Shown in pieces: positions 34,697 to 47,249 of a DNA stretch of 64,000 bases. This DNA is from Ranitomeya imitator (taxonomy: Eukaryota): assembly GCF_032444005.1 (NCBI RefSeq), contig NC_091284.1, positions 624,464,001-624,528,000 on the forward strand, in the 5' to 3' direction. How positions within the stretch are numbered: the stretch's first letter is position 1; each line of letters opens with the position of its first letter. The notes beneath the pieces are model-generated. The model did no database searches. It saw nothing but the letters and a program-made list of their open reading frames with translations, and was not told the DNA's origin. Position numbers and translations under genes: made by a program.

Positions 34697-35584
34697 TGTT
34701 ACTGTTAGGAAATGACAGACTATATGGCGGTATCCAAAAGTATACACGCGTGGGTTAAACCTCACCCAGCATGAAGAAAGCGATCCTGTTGCGTCACAGG
34801 ACCGCGGTACCGCACATAGAGCGCGAGCAAGTGGTCAGCGAACTTAACCCCAACAGGGATTGTAGTCCGATTAGACCCTTGCTGGCACTACACCGCTACA
34901 GGGTGTGTAAGGAAATATATAATTATAGCACCGAAGTGCGAACTGTGCCGTGCTGGCAGGTACCACTAAGCACCCAGACGTGGGTCAGGAAGCGCACACT
35001 GGCGCGTGGCACCGCACTGGCGGTCACAGCAATAGACGCTGATACGTGTGTGACACGTTGAGTGATTAGTCGGGCGCTAGATAGCAGCCATACACCATAC
35101 GCGAACAGTCATACAATAGGGTAGGGGTATTTAATGAACGACTTGCACTCACAACAAACACACGTATTCAATTGTACACTAGCGCATGGCCGTGCGGTCA
35201 TGCGCAGTTTATATAGTTGCAGGACAGGAAGTGGCCACAGAAACTTTGCCCTTCCAAGACCTGCCAAGAGGACCAATAGAATGCGCTGCAGAGTCTGAGC
35301 ACATGACCCTCGATCTCCAACGGGAGATCTTGCCCTGGGCATGCTCAGTGTGCGCAGACAAGGACTTAGTCCCAGAGAAGTCCACTCGCTGCTGACCAGC
35401 ACTGACTTTAATGGCAGGAGCTGAAGAAGCAGCAGTAACTCTCTGAACAGAGTGAGACCGAGCAAGACGCTGGGATCGACGTCCCTGCTGAGCAGGCTGC
35501 ACTGCGGCTGGATAGGAATGGGGGATCGCAGCGGAGACGGCTCGAGATTCCCCCTGTGCAGAAGCGGGAACTCGAGACCTAACA
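34697..35584 (-). repeat. 5' LTR of family 2 element (888 bp; 75-bp deletion in U5)
   Basis: Matches 29566-30528 except that the equivalent of 29571-29645 is absent. Confidence 0.93.
35175..35215 (-). promoter_or_regulatory. LTR TATA box (TATATAAA 35215-35208) and predicted transcript 5' end / self-primer GCGCTAGTGTA (35185-35175)
   Basis: The TATA-to-primer spacing is 30 nt, the same as in family 1 and in the LTR at 55997 (TATAAAA 56393, GCACTAGTATA 56423). Confidence 0.7.
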
Positions 35585-36587
35585 CCCCCCTTTATCACCC
35601 CCTTAGTTAGGTAAAAATAATAAAATAAAAAAAAATTATTTATTTTCATTTTTCCATTAGGGTAGAGTTGGGCTAAAGTTCAGGTTGGGCTAAAGATATG
35701 GTTAGGGTTGGGCCTAGTGTTAGGGTTCTAAAAAAAGACAGAAAGAATGGACTAAAACAGGCTCGCACAACCCCAAAATGTAGAAAAAATGAACACGTTT
35801 ATTGAATCACCACAACATGATCTAAAAACACTTAAAAACTCACAACAAGTGTGTACAAAACACCCCCATAACACAATAAAGTATCTATACAAAGAAGAGC
35901 AGATCTGCATGCACATCTACTGGTCTTAGGGTTTTGAGATGATTTAAGTATGGAGACAAGATGATACCACCTGTCAGAGGAGGTGTTTGAAGCTGGGTTA
36001 TGACACTGTCTTGGGAGTGATTTATAGGAGAATACTGAATGAGGGTATTGTAGGAACCCTTGGATCTTTGTATACTGCTTTGCGGTGATTTATTTTTGTG
36101 GAAAAGCTTTGGTTACCATTATGCCTGTAATGGGGGCTTTGGTTGCCACTATTTTGAGGGGGACGTGAGCTCAAGGTGGCTCATGACCCTCTCTCAAGGC
36201 TGGATGTGGCTTGCGACCCTTTCTCAGAGCTGACTGTGGCTCTCAAGGCCAGAAACGTTGGGGACCTCTGCCTTATAATGTCCTAACAAAGAATAAATTA
36301 TGTTTCCAAAATTGTGCTGATGTAAAGTTGATATGTGGGAAATGTTATTTATTAGCTATTTTGTGTGACACCGCTATCTGATTTAAGGGTACAAAAATAA
36401 AAAGTATGAAAATTGCATAATTTTCTAAATGTTAGCCACATTTCTGTTTATTTTCATAAATAAATGCAAGTTATATCGAAGAAATTTTACCACCAACATG
36501 AAGTGCAATATGTCAAAAAAAGAAAATCTCAGAATCAGTGGGATCCATTGAAGCATTCTAGAGCTATGACTTCATAAAGTGACAGTG

Positions 36588-37266
36588 TAATTCACCAAAA
36601 ATGCCCCAGAATCAATATATCCCTACACTTGGGAAATAAAGACCACCAATAAATACATATAAATCACATCTTTGAAGATTAGAATAAAGGTAATCCCAAA
36701 CAAGGTGGTACTTTTGTAATAAAACAGATTTTATTTGTAACAATTAAAATTACTTATAACAAAAAGGTGCTCGAACCAAAAAAGAGGGACATAACAGCCA
36801 TAAAGAGACATTCCCTATATTGCTAAAGCACAACCAAACAAAGTGACTTTCCATGTGCCCTATATACGTTACCAGGCTAAGATGTTACTGAGGGGAACAA
36901 AAAGGTGGATTTGCCTAATACTAATATCCATCATAGAAGTGGCACAGCAATGCCTAATTTCTAACACCCTGTGGTGCGAATATCCCCCCACTACTAATGC
37001 CAAGCCACTAATAAAGGTAATTATGGTAAATACAAGTATTACCTATAGTGCGCTGTGTGGAGTCTCCTCGGCGTCCCTCTGCCTCGACGCGCGTTTCGCC
37101 TGATGCTTCTTCGGGAGGCCTCTTTATAGCAGTTATGTCCCTCTTTTTTGGTTCGAGCACCTTTTTGTTATGAGTAATTTTAATTGTTACAAATAAAATC
37201 TGTTTTATTACAAAAGTACCACCTTGTTTGGGATTACCTTTATTCTAATCTCCAAAGATGTGATTT
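36588..37266 (-). mobile_element. Penelope-like element fragment with inverted terminal segment
   Basis: 14-bp TSD ATAAAGTGACAGTG (36574-36587, 37267-37280). 36661-36808 is the inverted copy of ~37120-37266 (4 differences seen). Contains a hammerhead motif. No RT/EN coding sequence. Confidence 0.65.
37081..37119 (-). ncRNA. Minimal type I hammerhead ribozyme motif (Penelope-associated)
   Basis: The minus strand reads GCCUC-CCGAAGA-AGCAUCAGGC-GAAAC-GCGC-GUC-GAGGC. This gives stem I GCCUC/GAGGC, a CUGANGA-like core (U4C variant), a tiny stem II, GAAA, a palindromic stem III ACGCGCGU and a GUC cleavage triplet. Confidence 0.7.
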
Positions 37267-37864
37267 ATAAAGTGACAGTGGTCAGAATTGTAAAAATTGG
37301 TTTGGTCATTAAGTACCAAAATGGCTCTGTCACTAAGGGGTTAAAGTGGTTTTAACACAATGTATGCAATGTTACCTAAACACAGAGTAGTTAATAAATG
37401 TTGTATTGATTTAGCCTTTATAGTAGAAACCCCCACAATCATTATAGCAAATACCTCAAACTTCTGTTTTCTTATTACTGCACAACTTTGATAGTCAAGC
37501 ATGCACGTTAGCCCTGACAAAAACAGTTGAGTACATTGTTTCAACAAAGTTTGACATCACAATGTCATCAAATTTGACCATAGCTCCTAATTACTGGGCT
37601 CAGTGGTTATGCCAACACAACACAAGATGCTGAACCCAATGATTGACTGCAGCATTGAAAGGTGGTGTCCATGTTATGCTTCTGAAGAAGCTTATCAGCA
37701 AAACTGGATAAGCAATGCATATGAAAAGCTAATGTCTGGTAGGATAAGTAAAATCTCTATTTTTTGTACAGAAAGGAGCAGTTTGTATTCAAGTTCAGTA
37801 ATAAAAAAATTGGCCTATAATGTTTTGATGACCTGATTTTCATTCTTAATAAAATTGTGATGTA

Positions 37865-38870
<1,006 letters not shown>

Positions 38871-38879
38871 TCCTTGACA

Positions 38880-40800
38880 TTTCTCAGTAAAATTATACCA
38901 TACATTTTTTGTGCAATTTCTCCTGAGTACGCCAATACCCCATATACTGTCTGGGAGAATGGCAGGGCTCAGAAGGGAAGGAGCACTGTTATGAATAGGT
39001 AATTCAGAACCACAATGGACCTTGAAGTTCAGAGCACACAAAGTGACCTGACAATAAGCAAAAAACATAGGACGAGCTCTGAGACGTGGGAACTCTGCTG
39101 ACCGCAATCCCTAATCCTATCACACCACACTAGAGGTAGCCGTGGATTGCGCCTAACGTTCCCTATGCAACTCGGCACAGCCTGAGAAACTAGCTAGGCC
39201 TGAAGATAGAAAAATAAGCCTACCTTGCCTCAGAGAAATTCCCCAAAGGAAAAGGCAGCCCCCCACATATAATGACTGTGAGTTAAGATGAAAATACAAA
39301 CACAGAGATGAAATAGATTTAGCAAAGCGAGGCCCGACTTACTGAATAGACCGAGGATAGGAAAGATAGCTTTGCGGTCAACACAAAAACCTACAAACAA
39401 CCACGCAGAGGGGCAAAAAGACCCTCCGCACCGACTAACGGTACGGAGGTGCTCCCTCTGCGCCTCAGAGCTTCCAGCAAGCAAGAAAAACAAAGAAAAG
39501 CAAGCTGGACAGAAAATATAGCAACAAAAGTAACACAAGCAGAACTTAGCTTATGCTGAGCAGACAGGCCACAGGAACGATGCAGGAGGAAGCAAAACCA
39601 ATACTAGAACATAGACTGGAGGCCAGGATCAAAGCACTAGGCGGAGTTAAATAGAGCAGCACCGAACGACTTAACCTTATCACCTGAGGAAGGAAACTCA
39701 GAAGCCGCAGTACCACTTGTGACCACAAGAGGGAGCTTGATCACAGAATTCACAACAGAGCACCATTTGACTTTTGGAATTCAAAAATTGTCTGGAATCG
39801 ATAGCCGACACCATGTTGCTTTGGAGAGCCCCTGAAGTGTTTAAACAAAGGAAAAACCCCACACGTGACACCATTTTGGAAACTAGACCATTCAAGGTAT
39901 TTATCTAGATGTGTTATGAGCACCTCGAACCCACAGGAGTTTCACAGAATTTTATAAAGTTGAGCCGAGAAAATTGAAAGACAATTTTTTCCCACAAAAA
40001 TGCTATTTTAGTCTTAATTTTTTTGTTTCCACGAGGGTAAAAAGAAAATTAACACCACTGTCAATTGTGAAATTTTTCCTGAGCATGCCAAGACCAATAT
40101 ATGGTCAGAATCTACCCTTCAGCTACAGTGCAAAGCTCAGAAGGAAATGAGCACCATATTGGAGAGCAGATTTTGCTGGAATAGTTTGTGGGTGACTAGT
40201 CACATTGTCAGACTCCTAGAGATGCCAGAACAGCAGACCCCCCCCCCCATAAGTGACCTAATTTTACAATTTCCTCCCCTGAACGAATTATTCTAGTGGT
40301 ACAGCAAACATACCAACACCACAGCTGTTCCATACAATTTTATACCGTTTAATGGAGAAGAATAAATAATTATATTTTTACCACTAAAATGTCGTTTTAA
40401 CACCAGATTTTACATTTTTACATAGGAAAATAGGTAGATAGGTAAATGGTTTCTACACACATAGATGAATTCCCAGAGCAGTGTCATTTCCCAAATGGGG
40501 TCACTTCACTGGGATTCTGCTGTTCTGGCATTTTTCAGAGATGCTAAGTGCCAGAATAGCAGAATCCTCCCTGAATTGATCAAATTTTGTACATGACAAC
40601 CCCCTTAGAATTCATCTATGGGTGTAGTTACCATTTTCACTCCATGGATGATATACAGAAACAATCACACAGTGGAAGTTTTAGAGCAAAAATTGCAAAT
40701 ATGCCATTATAATGCTCAATATATTGTGCCCAATTTGGGTCTCCAGAAAAATCCTATTCCCTCAGGAAATTGTTAAGCGAGCTCTACTCCAATGTGCCAT
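38880..40800. repeat. Internal segments of a large piggyBac-type non-autonomous repeat (host of the solo LTR)
   Basis: Repeated GGGCTCAGAAGGGAAGGAGCACCAT / AGCTCAGAAGGAAATGAGCACCAT modules. Termini are not identified. Confidence 0.45.
38987..39757 (-). mobile_element. Solo LTR, diverged family 1 subfamily (771 bp)
   Basis: The minus strand begins TGTTGTGAATTCTGTG (as at 9295) and ends CATAACA. It shares GCTAACAGTCATTATATGTGGGGG-like and AGTTGCATAGG blocks with the family 1 LTR. GAGCAC is duplicated at 38981-38986 and 39758-39763. Confidence 0.92.
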
Positions 40801-41279
40801 TCACTAAATAAACCAAATGCTTGAATGAGAAAATGGCATAAATTAATACAGTTTAATGACGTGGTTCTGTGTGGAATATTTTAAAGCAGTCAGTGAGGCG
40901 TAAGGCTGGTAATGATTGGTATTGTGGGCAATTAGAGCGGTTATCATGCCTCATTTTTTTCTTTGTACAAACACTACATCAACTCTGGGGGTTCATTCTT
41001 GATTATGTTGTGGGAATGAATGCAATAAAACGCCTTCAGTTAGTTTTTTTACATCTTCAGATTCTAATGGATAAGTGAGGCCAACATTTTCAAAAGCAAG
41101 ATTTCAGTGACCTGTTCCTGATGGAAAGTATCTGTATTCCCTGTTTTTTTGTATAACACAAAATAATTGTATGTGGCCACCTGAAACAAATAAATGACTA
41201 ACTTTTTATACCAGATATATAATTTTCTTTATTCCTGGCATGTCTGTAGAACCTGAAATGTAAGGTACACACCCCCATG

Positions 41280-42080
41280 TAATTGTTGTAATTAATGACT
41301 GACACGGGTTATTTGCTTTGGAGCAGTGGATCCTAGTTCTGTGGTGGCCTTTGTGGCATTTATATGGATCAAGCTGATGATTAAAATATCCTTATTATCC
41401 TTGTACTTAAGGGCAAGCAGCTGTCCATTGTAAACAGTCCCAGAATGCCCCTTTTGAAACTTTTTGTTTACCAATGATTGTGGAAACCCCTGATGGTTTT
41501 ACAAATGGTCCCATAAGCCTATATGCTGTGCTCAAAAAGACCTTCAAATAGGGAAATGCTGGTGTAGTAATTGTGTAGCTTTTTAAAAAATGGACTTAAC
41601 AGATTAGCTCCCAAACTATTTTTCCATCTGCTCCCAGATAAGTAGGGCATCCTGATGGGTTTGGTTGGCCATCTTTCCTCTCGCACATTTTATACAGATT
41701 TATTCTGAACCTTGCCCTCTTAGGTGGAATAAACTGCTTGAGGTGCAATCATCCTTTGAATTTTACAAGGCACTCATCAATAGAAATGCTTTTGTGTTAG
41801 GGTATATGGCCTTAAGAACTTTTCTGTCAAGTCTCGATGATGGGTCAGACTTTATATAGTCTGCATGTTCTGGGATAGTTCTGGGGTATTTCTGGGTTGG
41901 CATTAACTATTGTTAAAATGTCAAAGTCTCATGGACATTTCATAGCAGGTCTTAGGAAGAACAACTGAAAACATAGGAGTGGCTTGAACAGGGTGGTTGG
42001 ACCATTAGCACCGAATGCTGTTTTTTTTTAACAAGCACCATTGCAAATGTAAGTCCTAAAAGTGAGATCATGGAGACATT
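41280..42080 (-). pseudogene. piggyBac transposase remnant
   Basis: Minus-strand fragments FSVVLPKTCYEMSMRL.HFNN...RLYKV, NYYTSISLF, GFPQSLVNKKFQKG and LLALKYKDNKDILIISLIH match the piggyBac transposase pattern. Many stops and frameshifts. Confidence 0.7.
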
Positions 42081-42769
42081 TCTCATTTAGCACTCTTTGC
42101 CCCTCTTGTACTGGTCCTTGTGTTTGAGGATGGACCGGAATCATTACTCATTTCTGCAAAGTTCTATAATAAACAAACTACTGTATATACTCGAGTATAA
42201 GCCGAGATTTTCAGCCCATTTTTTTAGGCTGAAGGTGCCCCTCTCAGCTTATACTCGAGTCAATCCCAGGGGGTCGGCGGGGGAGCAGCGGCTGTCACAT
42301 CATACTCTCCCTCCCAGTGCGGTCCCTGGCAGCCTCACCGATGTGATGGTCTCTGGGCACCGGCAGCTCTCCTGTGTTCAGCGGTCACATGATACCGCTC
42401 ATTAAAGTAATGAATATAGAAGTGACTCCACTCCCATAGGGAGTGACCGCTGAACTCAGGAACAAGCTGCCGGAGCCAGAGACCATCGCATTGGAGAAGC
42501 TGCCAGGGACTGCGCTGGGAGGGTGAGTATGACAAAGAAAGGTGAGCATTGCGATATTTACCTGTCCCCATTCCACCGCTGGGCTCCATCTTCCGCATCC
42601 ACTGGCTGTGATGTTCTGGTCAGAGGGCTTGATGACGTGGCTAGTGCACGCCCTCTGCCTAAACAGTCGCTGCAGAGACCCAGAACACACAGCGGTGCGT
42701 AGCGGTGGAACGGGGACAGGTGAATATCGCAAGTGCCAGTGTCCCTGCCTGCACAGGACAAGTCGCAGC

Positions 42770-43165
42770 ATATGGGGCATAATACTCTATGGAACATCTT
42801 ATGGGGCCATAATCAACCTTTGTGCAGAATGTTATGGGGCACAATTTCTATGGAGCATTTTATGGGGACATAATTAACCTTTATGCAGCATTGTATGGGG
42901 CAAATGTTTCTATGGAGCATCTACTGGGGCCATAATCAACCTTTATGCAGCATTATGTGGGACACATTTCTATGGAGCATATTATGGGGCTATAATCAAC
43001 CTTTATGCAGCATTGCATTGGCAAAATGTTTATATTTAGCATTTTATGGGGCCACAATCAACCTTTGTGCAGCATTATATGGGGCATATTTTTGTATGGA
43101 GCATCTTATGGGGCCCATCATAAACTTTATGGAGCATTATATGGGGTATATTTTGTATGGAGCAT
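42770..43165. repeat. Minisatellite (~30/60-bp ATGGAGCAT.TTATGGGG / AATCAACCTTTATGCAGCAT units) inside the Tc2-like element
   Basis: Tandem units are visible directly. Confidence 0.85.
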
Positions 43166-43305
43166 TAAAAAGAGCTACTGATTCAATATGGATTTTCAAA
43201 AACACTTATCCTACTGATGTCTCAATTAATTTTACTTTTATTGGTTTCTATTTTTATTTTTGAAATTTACCAGTAGCTGCTACATTTCCCACCCTAGGCT
43301 TATAC

Positions 43306-43413
43306 TTATATTTGTCTATATTTTCCCCCTTTTTACATGTAAATAGCCATGGAATAAATGGTGCTATAAAAATGTATAATAGTAATATTATTAATGATAA
43401 TAATAATAATATT
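43306..43413 (+). mobile_element. Very short L2 3'-tail insertion
   Basis: TTGTCTATATT...CATGTAAATAGCCATGGAATAAATGGTGCTATA plus an (AAT)n tail, similar to 1605-1692. It splits the host motif CTTATACT|CGAGTC. Confidence 0.7.
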
Positions 43414-45548
43414 CGAGTCATTAAGTTTTTGCATTTCTTGTGGCAAAATTAGGTGTCTCGGCTCATACTCGGGTCAGATTATTCTCGAGAATATATGGTA
43501 ATTGACGTGACGAATTGACGTGACTAATTGACGTGACTAGCTGACATGACTAAATGATTTGACTAATTCACATGACTAGTTAATGTAAATAATTGACGTG
43601 GCTACTTATAAATTATTGGTAAAACAATTTCCATCAAGCCTAACCCTAACTTTAAGTCTAACCCTAAACCTAGTTATAATCCTAACCAGAATGTTAAGCA
43701 TTACCCTAACTTTAAGCTGTTGCCTTGTCTGTTCTGTTTACTGTATGAAAAGACTGCAGACTGACACAGCTGTTGCAAGCAGCACTTGTCCCACAGTTTC
43801 TCCTCTGATCTTGCACTGACAAAAAATCACAGGAGAAAACAGTGTTTTATGAAACAAATCAGGCGGAAATGTCTGTTGTGATAACAAGCATTCTCAGTAA
43901 TTGCTATCATTGGCTGGCATGACACTGACGTCATCAGGACCTGAACAATAAGATCTGGATGAGGTCAGTGGTCATAGCAAGCATTGTTCTCTGCAGTATT
44001 ATACTATGTTTGACATATGTCTCACTTTGCAGACATCAATAATGTCACTGGCCATCTTTATCACCAGATTTACCATCAAAGAGATCAGAACTTGCAGTGA
44101 CATGTGGTTAATATAGATGAGCGATCTTTTTAAGGTTCGGTTAAGCTAGGATTGGTGAACTTCTCTTTGTTCACCAAACAGTTCACCAAACTTATCCAAA
44201 CCCAATGGGAATAAACCAAATGCATAGAAAAGAACTTTGCAGGCCCAAAAGCTGGCAAAACAACTCAAATAAAAGGCAAATGCCAGGAAAAGTGGCATTA
44301 ATTCACCCAGAGTACAAATAGTATAATTGTGCAGCATGGAGGCATGGGAAAGGACCTTGGACATAGCTTAGACCAGCATTTCTACCTCAAACATTGCTCA
44401 CTAACAGGTGGATAAGTTACAGGCGGAGGCCCAGTGCACTGACAGCCCTGCCAAATTCAGGCAACACACATGAAGGAGATGCAACTTGGAGTACAAACAT
44501 TTCCAAAAATCAGGGGCAGAAACCAGGAAAAGTGGCATCAATTGCCCCACAGTAGAAATTTTATAAAGGCACAGCAGTCAGACATGGGCCAAGCATGAGA
44601 AAGGGTCTGGGCCAGCATTTTCAGCTTTGGATTTAATTTAAAAGTAAGGGATGGTAATGAACCTGTGTCAGCTCGTTGTGATGGAGGCCCTGATACCTTA
44701 TGCAACAACTAAAACTGCTTTTCTTCTCAGCCACACTAATGTGGCACAAATAACAGCTTTGTAGACATCTATTGTTAGAAACATTTAAATATAGTAACAC
44801 AGTAGTTGACTGAAAGTAAGTGCATACCTGCCATTCTGGGAGCCCTACTGCTACAAGCAACACACAAGAAGCCGCAATGTAATCTCCTCATCTTCCTGCT
44901 CCACTCCTGAGACACTCAGCTGCATGCCTCTGGGTTCACACCAAGTGGGATCTACAACCTCATTGTCATCCTCTCTGTTCTCCCACTACTCAGCCTGAGA
45001 GTCACTCTCTTTCTCTTCCTTCCCTGAAAGCACACCACAGTTCTCAAGTGTCGCAGATATGAGTCTCAGTAGGATCACCTAAACGCAGTGGTTAATGTCA
45101 GTTGATGAAGGTCTGAATACTGCATAGACCCCAATTCGTCCTGCACTGGATCCAACTCAGTTCAGCGATTGGAGAGTTGTGACACAAGAGGAAATGGGGG
45201 TAATGGGGTGCCACCGCTGATGACTGCACAGTGTGTGATGTTAAGGTGCAGGAAGAGGGGGAGAGGCCACTTGATGCAGCCCTTGCAATCCACTGAGACA
45301 CATGCTTTTCTTGCCCTCATCTATAAGGTGTATAACTGTGCAGCTGCAACAGAAAGGTAGTCAAGTAGCCCATCCAGTAACAGCAGTTGACAGTTGACTT
45401 TTGATAGGACAAGCTGTTGTTTGTTCAGTAGAGCTAACAGTAACATTACCAACTACCCTAAGTACAACTCTAACACCAAGAATATTCTCATTCCCACATG
45501 ACCTCACTTTTTCCAACTCATGTTGGATGCACCCTTCCTCTCTTTTAA

Positions 45549-46761
45549 TCCCTTAATGACCAGGGATATTTCAGTTTTTTTATTTCCTTTTTTTCCTACC
45601 CTTCTTCCCAGAGTCATAACTTTATTTCTCCTTTCAATATTGTCATGTGAGAATTTCTTTTTGCAGGACAAATTGTACTTTTGAATGACACCATTAGAGA
45701 AAAAAATCCAAGTGCGGTGAATTTGCAAAAAAAGTGCATTTCCACAGTTTTTTTTTTCTTTTTTTTTACAATGTTCACTAAATGCTAAAATTGGCCTGCC
45801 ACTGTGATTGTTCATGTCATTACGAGTTCACAGATGCCAAACACGTTTAGGTTCTATTTTATGTAAGTGATGAAAAAAAATCCCAAATTTGTAAAAAGCA
45901 AAAATGGCACAATTTTCCAAAATCTGGTGTGTCTCCGCTTTTTGACGGCCGAGTGAGGGCTTATTTTTTGTGCACCGACCTAACATTTTTATTGATACAA
46001 TTTTCATGTAGATACAATGTTTTGAAATTGCCCGTTATTGCATTTTATTGCAATGTAGCGGCGAAAAACAAAATGTAATTCTGGCATTTTGAATTTTTTT
46101 CTCATTATGCCATTTAGCGATTTGGTTAATGCGTTCTTTGTATTGATAGATTGGGCGATTCTAAACGCGGTAATACCAAATATGTAGAAATTAGATTTTT
46201 TATTGTTTTATTGTGAATGGAGTGAAAGGGGGTTGATTTGACCTTTTATATTTTTTTTAATATTTTTTAATTTTTTTTTACTTTTTGCATGCTTCAATAG
46301 TCTCCGTGAGTGACTAGAAGATGAAAAACTTTGATCCCCTCTTCTACACACAAGCGATGAACAGATCGCCTGTGTGAAGCAGAAATGTTCACCAGTTATG
46401 AGCGCCAACCACAGGGCAGCGCTCATTGCAATCTGGCAATGGCAACCATAGTGGTCTGCTGCAGACTTCTGGTTGTCATGCTGACCCATCTGTGACCCAC
46501 GATTATGTGATGGGGTCACCGATGGACGGGATTGGTGACTTGCTTCCTGTAAGCTGCAGTTAAATGCCACTGTCAGATTGACATTTAACTAATTAACAGC
46601 TGCGGATGGATCACGATTCCACCAGTGACTGTTATGGGCATATGTCAGCTGTGTAGATCAGCTCTCATGTGCCCAGAAAGTTGTGGGCTCAGCATCGGAG
46701 TTGGTACCAAACAGGGGGAGTCCAACATGGGAGTACTATTACACCATATGTTGGAAAGGGG
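45549..46761. mobile_element. piggyBac-type non-autonomous element, 1213 bp
   Basis: TTAA at 45545-45548 and 46762-46765. Termini TCCCTTAATGACC...GGAAAGGGG. Confidence 0.8.
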
Positions 46762-46859
46762 TTAACCAGCTGTTACAAAACCCTAGTCCCAAACCTGTCA
46801 GTCACCTGTCACTAAATTAACAATAAGTAGTTATTTCCTGAGATAGTGTGGCTGAAATC

Positions 46860-47247
46860 AGTTCAACAGATTTATATGCTAAAATGTGAACTAGTGGCTG
46901 GACCACACAGTTTGCACAATGATTTAGATGCTGAGATGTGGACTGGTGGCTGGACCACAGGATTATCACAAAAGATTAATATGCTGAAATGAGGGCTGGT
47001 GGCGGGGCTCACACAATTAGCAAAAGGATTCAATGTTGAAATGTGGACTGGTGGCGGGACCACACAATTAGCACAAAGGATTGATATGCTGAAATGTGGA
47101 CTGGTGGTTGGACCACACAATTAGCACAAAAGATTTATATGCTGAAGTGTTGACCTGTCATTGTACCACAGAATCAGCAGCACTGTGGATTTATGCGCTA
47201 AAGTTGCAACTGGTCACTGTACCACAGAATCAGCAGCACTATAGATT
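46860..47247. repeat. Minisatellite (~60-bp GATTTATATGCTGAAATGTGGACTGGTGG units), resumes at 48557-48680
   Basis: Tandem degenerate units, interrupted by the Tc1 insertion. Confidence 0.75.
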
Positions 47248-47249
47248 TA

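Larger units (their letters stand above)
29566..35584 (-). mobile_element. Full-length Ty3/Gypsy chromovirus LTR retrotransposon, family 2
   Basis: LTRs at 29566-30528 and 34697-35584, gag-pol ORF on the minus strand, PPT at 30531-30553, and CCCCC on both flanks (TSD of at most 5 bp). Confidence 0.96.
29023..37340. mobile_element. piggyBac-type non-autonomous element hosting the family 2 LTR element and a Penelope-like insertion
   Basis: TTAA (29019-29022) then CCTCTTAACGACC; ends GTCACTAAGGGG then TTAA (37341-37344). Ends resemble 50405-51364. Internal continuity is not fully checked. Confidence 0.65.
42181..43498. mobile_element. Tc1/mariner (Tc2/pogo-like) non-autonomous element
   Basis: TA on both sides (42179-42180, 43499-43500). 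TIR CTGTATATACTCGAG / CTCGAGAATATATGG. Repeated CTTATACTCGAG subterminal motifs. Confidence 0.7.

Noticed and set aside
35655-35730. Telomere-like GGTTAGGGTT repeats (also CCTAACCCTAAC at 43627-43712)
   Set aside because: They are short, degenerate and embedded in transposon-derived sequence, not an interstitial telomere or fusion site.
35730-35900. Possible second Penelope-like fragment
   Set aside because: It is only suggestive A-rich sequence with no ribozyme core, TSD or coding remnant.
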